A program made the position numbers and the translations under genes. Of a DNA stretch of 43,694 bases, positions 22,494 through 29,475 are shown one piece after another. A model generated the notes under the pieces. It worked only from the letters and a program-made list of their open reading frames with translations. It searched no databases and had not been told where the DNA came from. This DNA comes from Alphaproteobacteria bacterium (GTDB taxonomy: Bacteria > Pseudomonadota > Alphaproteobacteria > UBA6615): contig JBHICL010000001.1 of assembly GCA_046759605.1 (NCBI GenBank), positions 1 through 43,694 on the forward strand, written 5' to 3'. How positions within the stretch are numbered: the stretch's first letter is position 1; every line of letters begins with the position of its first letter.

Positions 22494-23704
22494 TCTCGGT
22501 CGACGACGCGCTCGGACGTATCCTTGCCCCGCTGACGCCGATGCCGGCGGAACAGGTGGGTATCTCCGGGGCGTTGGGCCGCGTTCTGGCGGCGGACGTG
22601 GCCGCGCGAACGACCCAGCCGCCGGTCGCCGTCTCGGCGATGGACGGCTACGCCGTGCGTGCCGCCGACGTCGCGAACGTTCCGGCCCGACTCGAGATCG
22701 TTGGCGAGGTTCCGGCCGGACAGACCTACGATGGCGAGGTGAGCATCGCCACGGCCGTACGCATCTTCACCGGCGCGCCGGTACCGTCTGGCGCCGATGC
22801 CATCGTCATCCAGGAGGACACGACACGCGACGGCAACCGGGTCGTCGTCCGCGAGCGGGCCGAGGCCGGCACCTACATTCGTCCAACCGGTCTGGACTTC
22901 TCCGAGGGCGACGTGCTGCTCAAGGAGAACCACCTGATGACGGCCCGCGACGTAGGTCTCGCGGCCGCGATGAACGTGTCGTGGCTCGCGGTGCGACGGA
23001 AACCGCGGGTGGCGATTCTGGCCACGGGGGACGAGGTGGTCCTGCCGGGCGATCCGATGGGACCCGCCCGCGTCGTCAGCTCCAACAACTTTTCACTGGC
23101 CGCCCTGGTCGAGGCCGCCGGCGGCGTGGCCATCACGCTTGGAATTGCGGCCGACGACCCGGCTTCGCTTTCGGCCATGGCCTCCGGCGCCGCCGGCGCC
23201 GATTTCCTCGTGACGACAGGTGGCGCATCCACGGGTGACCACGATCTCGTTCAATCCGTCCTGAGCGAGCACGGGCTCAAGGTGGACTTCTGGCGCATCG
23301 CAATGCGGCCGGGCAAGCCGCTGATGTTCGGACATTTCGGCGACGTGCCCATGCTGGGACTGCCCGGCAATCCCGTGTCCACGGTGGTATGCGGGATACT
23401 GTTTCTCGTGCCCGCGATCGAACGCATGCTCGGACTCGCGCGGCCGGCCGAGCCCAAGCGCACCGCCATTCTGGGCTGTGACGTGGACGCCAACGACAGG
23501 CGTCAGGATTATCTGCGCGCCACCCTGAGCTACGGGGCGGACGGCGACGCCATCGCCACGCCCTTTCCGATCCAGGACAGCTCGATGTTCGCGCGCATGG
23601 CGGAGGCAAGCTGCCTGGTGGTTCGCGCCCCCCATGCGCCGCCGGCGCCCGCCGGCACACGAGTCGAGATCATTCCGCTCAAAGGCGGATCGGTCGGTAT
23701 CTGA
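22490..23704 (+). CDS. moeA: molybdopterin molybdotransferase
   Basis: MoeA-like N-terminus (L)ISVDDALGRIL and SAMDGYAV motif. The only plausible start is TTG 22490, which overlaps the moaC stop (TTGA). There is no ATG or GTG nearby in frame. Confidence 0.88.
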   Translation: MISVDDALGRILAPLTPMPAEQVGISGALGRVLAADVAARTTQPPVAVSAMDGYAVRAADVANVPARLEIVGEVPAGQTYDGEVSIATAVRIFTGAPVPSGADAIVIQEDTTRDGNRVVVRERAEAGTYIRPTGLDFSEGDVLLKENHLMTARDVGLAAAMNVSWLAVRRKPRVAILATGDEVVLPGDPMGPARVVSSNNFSLAALVEAAGGVAITLGIAADDPASLSAMASGAAGADFLVTTGGASTGDHDLVQSVLSEHGLKVDFWRIAMRPGKPLMFGHFGDVPMLGLPGNPVSTVVCGILFLVPAIERMLGLARPAEPKRTAILGCDVDANDRRQDYLRATLSYGADGDAIATPFPIQDSSMFARMAEASCLVVRAPHAPPAPAGTRVEIIPLKGGSVGI

Positions 23705-23761
23705 CCCGTCCTCGCCTGCCCCTCCTTCGCCCGTCGAATTTTTGCGCTTGACCCGCCCCGA

Positions 23762-23776
23762 GAACAGGAGTAGAAC
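23762..23776. promoter_or_regulatory. alphaproteobacterial-type SOS box (GAAC-N7-GAAC) upstream of lexA
   Basis: GAACaggagtaGAAC read directly, 67 nt upstream of the lexA ATG. It matches the direct-repeat LexA operator (GTTC-N7-GTTC / GAAC-N7-GAAC) described for alphaproteobacteria. Confidence 0.7.
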
Positions 23777-23783
23777 ACTACAC

Positions 23784-23798
23784 GTTTGCCGTTTGTTC
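23784..23798. promoter_or_regulatory. second, imperfect SOS-box-like repeat (GTTT-N7-GTTC)
   Basis: GTTTgccgtttGTTC, with one mismatch and opposite orientation to the first box, 45 nt upstream of lexA. Confidence 0.35.
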
Positions 23799-23842
23799 CG
23801 CGTGTTGGAGATCACGCGCGGGGGGCTGTGTGAGGGAATGGA

Positions 23843-24550
23843 ATGCTTACCAGAAAACAATACGAACTTCTCGTCTACATCAACCAGTACTTGTCGGAGA
23901 ACGGAGTCTCTCCCTCGTTCGACGAGATGAAGGATGCCCTGGGGCTGAGGTCGAAGTCGGGTATCCACCGCCTGATCACGGGTCTCGAGGAAAGGGAATT
24001 CATAAAGCGGCTGCCGCACCGGGCACGGGCGCTCGAGGTGCTCCGGCTGCCGGAGGACGTTACCGTCGACAGGGGACGGCGACCGGCGCGCTTCGACCCT
24101 CAGGTGATCGAAGGCGGGTTCCCCTCCGGTCGCGGCGCGGAGGACGTGCCGCCCGGACAGGACGACAGGGCGGTCCCGGTTCCGCTGCTGGGCCGCATAG
24201 CCGCGGGCACGCCGATCGAGGCGCTCAGGGATACCTCCCATCTGGTCGGCATCCCCGCCGCGCTCTTGGGAAGCGGTGAGTACTACTGCCTCGAGGTCGA
24301 AGGCGACTCCATGGTGGATGCCGGCATCCTCGACAACGACGTCGTCGTCATCGAGCGTTGCGATACGGCGGAGAACGGCTCCATCGTCGTGGCCCTGGTG
24401 GAGGCACAGGAGGTCACTCTCAAGCGCCTGCGCCGACGGCACAATTCCGTGGCGCTCGAGCCTGCCAACCGCAATTACGAAACTCGGATATTCGGACCCG
24501 ATCAGGTGGAGATCCAGGGGCGGCTGGTCGCCCTGGTACGCCGCTACTGA
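23843..24550 (+). CDS. lexA: LexA repressor
   Basis: 235 aa: winged-HTH N-terminus ([17 protein letters not shown]...), Ala-Gly cleavage region [11 protein letters not shown], and S24 peptidase Ser (VEGDSM) and Lys (TLKRL). Confidence 0.95.
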   Translation: MLTRKQYELLVYINQYLSENGVSPSFDEMKDALGLRSKSGIHRLITGLEEREFIKRLPHRARALEVLRLPEDVTVDRGRRPARFDPQVIEGGFPSGRGAEDVPPGQDDRAVPVPLLGRIAAGTPIEALRDTSHLVGIPAALLGSGEYYCLEVEGDSMVDAGILDNDVVVIERCDTAENGSIVVALVEAQEVTLKRLRRRHNSVALEPANRNYETRIFGPDQVEIQGRLVALVRRY

Positions 24551-26775
24551 CCCCCCGATCTCTCTCGACGACCTGCTACAGGTACCCAGGGACGGCGACC
24601 GCGAATCTCGTTCGCGCTCTCGACACGGACGCCGGACGCGTCCGCTTGCGGGGACGTGAGCCAGAAGGCGTGGCCGCCGTCCCGCCAGAGGTCGAACCGG
24701 TCGACCACGATCACTGGTCTCGAGCACGCCCGGGGCACCGCGACGGTGGCGATCACCACGTCGGCGCGGCGGCAGTCTTCGACCAGCGCGCGTTCGTCGC
24801 GAACGAGCGCGACGACCCGATCGTGGGCGCGGTAGATACACCCGAGGCCGTCGCACCGTAGCCGGCCGTCGGACGAGAGGCCGTCGCGGGGAAAGGTCGT
24901 CCAGGTGTCCACCCCTGCGCTGCGCAGCCAGGTAACACGGCTGAACGGCGCCGCCCGCCGGCTCGACACGAGGTAGCCGCCATCGGCGCCGCGTACGGCA
25001 GCGAGCTTGCCGTCGCCGGTGATGAGCACATCGGCCGGCCGGGTCAGGCCCAGCGAGGCCAGTCCGGCCAGCACCGGGAGCAGCCCGAAGCAGCGCCACC
25101 GCCGTCTGAGGAGCATCAGCCACAACCCACCGGCGACGATGGCGACATAGCCGGCGAGGGGCATGGCGGGCGCCAGCTCGACCGAGCCCGGCCAGGAGGC
25201 GACCACGTGGGCGGTCGCGATAACGCCGTCGAGGCCCCACCCCATGGGGATGAGCGCCAGACCCTCGAACCCGAAAGGCATCAGGGCGAACGCGGCCACG
25301 GCCCAGGGCATCACCCACAGCGCGGTCAGCGGAACCGCGACAAGGTTTGCCGCCAGGCCGAACACGGCGACGCGGCTGAAGTGGAAAAGGGCGACGGGCA
25401 TCGTGGCGAGCCCCGCGATGAGCGTCGTCAGGGCGACGCCGCCGAGGTACAGCCCCGCTCGCTCGGCCAGACCGGCTTCGCGGTACCATATGCGCAGTCT
25501 GTCACCCAGCGCCTCGTAGACGGCCACCAGCGCCAACGCGGCGGCAAAGGACATCTGGAAGCTGGCGCCGAGCAACGTTTCCGGCCGCAGAACCAGGATC
25601 ACGACGGCCGCCCAGGCGACCAGGCGCATCGAGATGCCGGTGCGGTCGAGCATGACCGCCAGCAACACCAGTCCGGTCATCATGAAGGCGCGCTGCGTCG
25701 GCACGGGCGCTCCGGCCAGGAGGAGGTAAGCGAAGGCGACAATCAGGGCGATGGCGGCCGCCCACTTCTTCACGGGATAACGCAAGACCACCGCCGGCCA
25801 CAAAGCCAGGCCACCGCGGATCGCGAAGAACACGATCCCGGCAACGAGGCCGATGTGCAGACCCGAGATCGCCAGCAGATGCGCCAAGCCGGAATCGCGC
25901 ATGGCGGTCAGGGTCTCCGGCGGAATGGCGCCCCGCTCACCCGTCATCAGGGCCGCCGCCACGCCACCCGTGGCGCCCTCGAGGCTCGCCGTCACGCGTT
26001 CGAAGATCACACGGCGCACGCCGGCTATCCGGCGCGCGCTGGCCCGTCTCCAGCCCAATTCCATCTGCCCGGCCGGCCGAACGACCGTCGGTCGACCGAA
26101 GGCAAAGCCGACCGCTCCGATTCGCTGGAACCACGCGCGCCGCTGGAAATCGAAGCCGCCGGGTATCGCCGGCCCGGGCGGCGGCACCAGCGCGGTGCGC
26201 AGCGTGACCAGATCGCCCGCACCGACGTGCGGGACACCTCCACGCGCCCAAACCCGCACACGGACGCGCGCCGGCGTTTCGTGCTCGTCGAGCCGCCCTA
26301 TCTCCAACGCCTCGAGGACCAGGCGATATGCGCCGGCCATGGGGTCGATCTCGGCCACCAGGCCCGTGATCTCCACTCCGCGAAGCTCACGGGTCAACAC
26401 CGGCGCCGAGACCAGCGCACCACGCAACTGCGCGGCCGCGAAACCGGTGGATGCGCCGGCCAGGGCAAACGCCACGAGCAGCGCTCCCGGCCACCGCCCG
26501 TCCGACCCTTGGCGAAACAACAGCGCCAGCACGCCGAGAGAACCGACAACCGCCAGGGCACCGAGCCAGCCTGGCGGCTCGGCATGAAGAGCGAAGTACC
26601 CGGCTATGCCGCATCCCAGGGCCACAGGCAGCCAAAGCGCCCACCGATCGCGCTCCGCGGCCAGCTCGGCGCTCAGCCACCGCCGCAAGGGACGAACGGC
26701 CCGCTCCGCGTGCCCCTCCCACGGCTCGCGCGGCGTCGCCGTCATGACCGGCGCCGCCGGCTGTTTCGACGCCAC
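24544..26775 (-). CDS. comEC: ComEC/Rec2 family DNA internalisation channel protein
   Basis: 743-aa polytopic membrane protein with the competence-domain motif [14 protein letters not shown]. Convergent with lexA (7-nt overlap). Alternative start at 26745. Confidence 0.88.
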   Translation of the reverse strand: MASKQPAAPVMTATPREPWEGHAERAVRPLRRWLSAELAAERDRWALWLPVALGCGIAGYFALHAEPPGWLGALAVVGSLGVLALLFRQGSDGRWPGALLVAFALAGASTGFAAAQLRGALVSAPVLTRELRGVEITGLVAEIDPMAGAYRLVLEALEIGRLDEHETPARVRVRVWARGGVPHVGAGDLVTLRTALVPPPGPAIPGGFDFQRRAWFQRIGAVGFAFGRPTVVRPAGQMELGWRRASARRIAGVRRVIFERVTASLEGATGGVAAALMTGERGAIPPETLTAMRDSGLAHLLAISGLHIGLVAGIVFFAIRGGLALWPAVVLRYPVKKWAAAIALIVAFAYLLLAGAPVPTQRAFMMTGLVLLAVMLDRTGISMRLVAWAAVVILVLRPETLLGASFQMSFAAALALVAVYEALGDRLRIWYREAGLAERAGLYLGGVALTTLIAGLATMPVALFHFSRVAVFGLAANLVAVPLTALWVMPWAVAAFALMPFGFEGLALIPMGWGLDGVIATAHVVASWPGSVELAPAMPLAGYVAIVAGGLWLMLLRRRWRCFGLLPVLAGLASLGLTRPADVLITGDGKLAAVRGADGGYLVSSRRAAPFSRVTWLRSAGVDTWTTFPRDGLSSDGRLRCDGLGCIYRAHDRVVALVRDERALVEDCRRADVVIATVAVPRACSRPVIVVDRFDLWRDGGHAFWLTSPQADASGVRVESANEIRGRRPWVPVAGRRERSGGQ
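26363..26418. repeat. 56-bp comEC-internal segment (copy 1) that recurs at 27826-27881
   Basis: Aligned by eye: 53/56 identical to 27826-27881. It encodes ComEC residues [19 protein letters not shown]. Confidence 0.9.
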
Positions 26776-26845
26776 GCGCTGTCCGGGGGAGGAGGCGAAG
26801 GAAGGGATTTACTGGCTGACAACGTTACCCGACACCAGGATGAGC

Positions 26846-26897
26846 AGCACGCCCCCTGTTTGAGAGACAAACCGCCGTTGTGCTACACACCGCTCAC
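26846..26897. repeat. 52-bp direct repeat, copy A (left border of insertion; native comEC-gltX spacer sequence)
   Basis: agcacgccccctgtttgagagacaaaccGccgttgtgctacacaccgctcac is 51/52 identical to 27888-27939. It contains the palindrome GTTTG-agaga-CAAAC (26858-26872). Confidence 0.95.
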
Positions 26898-26907
26898 GCG
26901 CTGGGCC

Positions 26908-27369
26908 CTATGCAGCCTGGCGTTCCTCCTCCCAACCGCTCTCAGCTTCCTTGAATATGGCGGCTTCTGTCTGCTCAAGCTCGTCTAGTTCCTTTAGCAA
27001 CTTGACGATCCGCTTGGCACGGGCGTGTCCGACTTTCTCCAAGGCATAGAACAGCCTCAAGAGGCGGTCAGCGGGTCCGTTAATTGCCTCGCTAGGCTTA
27101 CCCTCCCAGCGGGCAATCGTGGACCGCGTGACATCCAGTATCTTGGCTAGGGTACCTTGAGAGATGCCCAGCATGGACCGCAAGTATCGTAGCTCCTGTC
27201 CCCGTATGCGCCGGGGGGAGGCGATAATCATCATGGCGATGACATCATGCAGACCGTCCATGTCCTCGATGGTTATAGACGGGCCGTGTTCGGTCTGCTT
27301 CTCTGTGAACCCGTTCGCCAGGTACACATAGTCTAACCCACATCCCGTGTAGTGGTGGCAGTTGTTCAT
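26908..27369 (-). CDS. putative antitoxin: MqsA-like / XRE-family HTH protein with degenerate N-terminal zinc-ribbon-like domain
   Basis: 153 aa from ATG 27369 (MNNCHHYTGCGLDYVYL...). Classic XRE HTH: GQELRYLRSMLGISQGTLAKILDVTRSTIARWEGK, followed by ADRLLRLF. The ATG overlaps the upstream gene's TGA (ATGA at 27366-27369). Confidence 0.65.
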   Translation of the reverse strand: MNNCHHYTGCGLDYVYLANGFTEKQTEHGPSITIEDMDGLHDVIAMMIIASPRRIRGQELRYLRSMLGISQGTLAKILDVTRSTIARWEGKPSEAINGPADRLLRLFYALEKVGHARAKRIVKLLKELDELEQTEAAIFKEAESGWEEERQAA

Positions 27370-27704
27370 CTTAGCCAGTCCATCCATTCCACTGTCCGAA
27401 CGTAAAGACGTTCGCCCTCCCTGAAGATGACGGTTACGACCCCGGCTTCTCTCGTGCCGGGCATTCGTTTCGTCATGATGACCTTCCAATCGCCATGGTC
27501 GAGCAGTTCTGGTTCGCCTTCAACATGGCCGGTACGTAAAATTCGCAGAACTTCCACCGTCGTGATAGCCCTCTCGTCTTGCCGCTCCAGGGCATGCGGA
27601 TGCCAGCCAATGTTGCTTGTATCTCTTGCTCGCTGGTGAACCAGTTCTTCGGCTTGGTCTGCTCGCAGGTTGTCCCAATGGATAGGTCGCTTCCGAAAGG
27701 GCAT
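27366..27704 (-). CDS. putative toxin: DUF4258-like small protein (HAxxRxxxRxI motif)
   Basis: 112 aa from ATG 27704 (MPFRKRPIHWDN...). WHPHALERQDERAITTVEVLRILRTG and the later GVVTVIF resemble my recollection of the DUF4258 pattern. Alternative ATG at 27770. The track ORF start at 27863 is a comEC-derived GTG. Confidence 0.6.
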   Translation of the reverse strand: MPFRKRPIHWDNLRADQAEELVHQRARDTSNIGWHPHALERQDERAITTVEVLRILRTGHVEGEPELLDHGDWKVIMTKRMPGTREAGVVTVIFREGERLYVRTVEWMDWLR

Positions 27705-27726
27705 CGGGTCGTCATGATGTGCTATT

Positions 27727-27751
27727 TTGATACAACCTGTTCCATTATCAA
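27727..27751. promoter_or_regulatory. perfect 6-bp inverted repeat TTGATA-N13-TATCAA in an AT-rich stretch upstream of the toxin ATG (candidate operator/promoter)
   Basis: Read directly. It lies 23-47 nt upstream of ATG 27704 in the lowest-GC part of the island. On the minus strand TTGATA could serve as a -35, with CAAAAT 16 nt downstream as a -10. Confidence 0.35.
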
Positions 27752-27825
27752 GTGTATTAAAATGGTACATCCAAAAAGGGCGTGCACCGACCAAGCTGGG
27801 AGAGGTACAGGCGGTGAACAGTTCC

Positions 27826-27881
27826 CCCGTGATCTCCACCCCGCGAGGCTCACGGGTCAACACCGGCGCCGAAACCAGCGC
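27826..27881. repeat. 56-bp comEC-derived fragment (copy 2) at right edge of insertion
   Basis: 53/56 identical to 26363-26418, in the same orientation. It is joined through the 6 nt ttaagt to repeat copy B. The minus-strand reading frame is closed by TAA at 27882-27884. Confidence 0.9.
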
Positions 27882-27887
27882 TTAAGT

Positions 27888-27939
27888 AGCACGCCCCCTG
27901 TTTGAGAGACAAACCTCCGTTGTGCTACACACCGCTCAC
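27888..27939. repeat. 52-bp direct repeat, copy B (right border; immediately upstream of gltX)
   Basis: 51/52 identical to 26846-26897. It ends 18 nt before the gltX ATG; GAGGA lies at 27944-27948. Confidence 0.95.
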
Positions 27940-27957
27940 ACCCGAGGACAAGCGTGA

Positions 27958-29358
27958 ATGACAGTCGTCACCCGGATAGCGCCCTCGCCGACCGGATTCC
28001 TCCACATTGGCGGCGCCCGCACGGCGCTGTTCAACTGGCTGTTCGCACGCCACCACGGAGGCACGTTCCGGCTGCGGATCGAGGACACCGATCGGGCCCG
28101 CTCCACGCCCGAGGCCATCGACGCAATACTGGACGGGCTCAGCTGGCTCGGCATCGACTGGGATGGAGATGTGGTTTACCAGTCGCGCAACAGGGAGCGC
28201 CACCGGGAGCTGGCACTTGCGCTTCTGGAAGCGGGCAAGGGCTACCGCTGCTACGCCACGCCCGAAGAGCTGGCCGAGATGCGTGAGAAGGCGCGCGCCG
28301 AGGGAAGGACCAGGCTCTACGACGGTCGTTGGCGCGAACGCAATCCCGCGGAAGCGCCACCGGGCATAGACCCCGTGGTCCGCATCAAGATGCCGTCCGG
28401 CGGCGAGACCGTCATCGATGATGACGTCCAGGGTATCGTCCGCGTCGCCAACGACCGGCTCGACGATTTCGTCCTGCTGCGGGCCGATGGCACGCCTACC
28501 TACATGTTGGCGGCGGTCGCCGACGATCACGACATGGGCATCACGCACATTATTCGCGGCGACGACCACCTCAACAACGCTGTGCGCCAGTATCACCTCT
28601 ACCGCGCCCTCGGCTGGGAGGCGCCCAGGTTCGCTCATATTCCCCTGATCCACGGGCCCGACGGCGCCAGGCTGCAGAAACGCCACGGAGCACTTGGCAT
28701 CGGTGCCTATCGCGATATGGGCTACCTGCCCGAGGCCATGCGGAATTACCTCGCGCGCCTGGGCTGGAGCCATGGCGACGACGAGATATTCACGACCGAT
28801 CAGGCGATCCGGTGGTTCGGCCTCGATGCCGTGGGGCGATCGCCCGCCCGTTTCGATCTCGCCAGGCTGGACAGTCTCAACGGCCATTACATCCGGGCCG
28901 CCGACGACCGGCGTCTGGTGGACCAGATCCTGCCGAGGATCGAGGACATGCTCGGCCGGTCGCCGGATGCCGCGATGGTCGAGCGGCTGATCAAGGGCAT
29001 GTATAGCTTGAAGCAACGCGCAAAGACCCTGGAAGAACTGGCTGAAAAATCTATGATATATTGCCGCTCGGCCCCTTTGCCGATCAGCGAGAAGGCGGCC
29101 CGACTGCTGGACAGCGAGGGTCTCGGGCACCTGGGTGGGCTGGAGCCCCGGCTGAGGGCGCTGGAGCGCTGGGGCGAACCGGAGCTGGAGGCGGCAATAC
29201 GAGAATACTGCGAAACCGCCGGTGTGAAGCTCGGAAACGTAGCTCAACCCTTACGCGCAGCACTCACGGGTTCGACCGTTTCTCCGAGCGTTTTCGAGGT
29301 CATGGAGGTGCTTGGGCGCGAGGAGGTGCTGGCAAGGGTCTCGGCGGTCACCGGGTAG
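27958..29358 (+). CDS. gltX: glutamate--tRNA ligase
   Basis: 466 aa with the class I HIGH region ([20 protein letters not shown]) and the GluRS core ([29 protein letters not shown]). Confidence 0.95.
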   Translation: MTVVTRIAPSPTGFLHIGGARTALFNWLFARHHGGTFRLRIEDTDRARSTPEAIDAILDGLSWLGIDWDGDVVYQSRNRERHRELALALLEAGKGYRCYATPEELAEMREKARAEGRTRLYDGRWRERNPAEAPPGIDPVVRIKMPSGGETVIDDDVQGIVRVANDRLDDFVLLRADGTPTYMLAAVADDHDMGITHIIRGDDHLNNAVRQYHLYRALGWEAPRFAHIPLIHGPDGARLQKRHGALGIGAYRDMGYLPEAMRNYLARLGWSHGDDEIFTTDQAIRWFGLDAVGRSPARFDLARLDSLNGHYIRAADDRRLVDQILPRIEDMLGRSPDAAMVERLIKGMYSLKQRAKTLEELAEKSMIYCRSAPLPISEKAARLLDSEGLGHLGGLEPRLRALERWGEPELEAAIREYCETAGVKLGNVAQPLRAALTGSTVSPSVFEVMEVLGREEVLARVSAVTG

Positions 29359-29475
29359 CTCGATCCGCGCCGGGATCCGGACCACGATTGCCGGCCGAGG
29401 GCACGGTCAAGTACATTATGGGGGCCAGCGGAGGAGAAGAGGATCGCGCACCGTACGCTGAGAGGGACATAGTCG

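Larger units (their letters stand above)
26898..27887. other. horizontally acquired low-GC insertion carrying a two-gene toxin-antitoxin-like operon; no mobility gene
   Basis: Bracketed by the 52-bp direct repeats. Hand-counted G+C is 33/60 (27241-27300) and 20/60 (27721-27780), against 46/60 (26401-26460) and 40/60 (28021-28080) in the flanks. It interrupts an otherwise roughly 140-bp divergent spacer. Confidence 0.7.

Noticed and set aside
24544-24550. 7-nt overlap of the convergent lexA and comEC 3' ends
   Set aside because: This is common in compact genomes and there is no evidence of functional significance.
23093-26988. ORFs 23093..25489 (-, 798 aa) and 25207..26988 (+, 593 aa)
   Set aside because: They overlap moeA, lexA and comEC in the wrong frame or strand. 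Arg-rich junk translations.
27370-27489. 193-aa version of the antitoxin ORF starting at 27489
   Set aside because: The extra 40 codons overlap the toxin 3' end out of frame and are Arg/His-rich. ATG 27369 gives a neat ATGA coupling and an MqsA-like N-terminus.
27816-27824. GAACAGTTC palindrome just inside the island's right edge as a possible LexA site
   Set aside because: The alphaproteobacterial LexA operator is a direct repeat with a 7-nt spacer. This is an inverted 4-mer with a 1-nt spacer and is too short to be meaningful.
27705-27863. 165-aa version of the toxin ORF starting at 27863
   Set aside because: The start is the Val GTG codon of the duplicated comEC fragment, and the first 13 residues are ComEC sequence. 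The frame is open only by accident of the duplication. It is still noted in the findings because a fusion cannot be formally excluded.
26846-27939. Integron cassette (attC), IS or MITE explanation for the island
   Set aside because: I could not find RYYYAAC/GTTRRRY core sites, terminal inverted repeats, a short target-site duplication or any transposase or integrase ORF. The borders are long direct repeats of host sequence.
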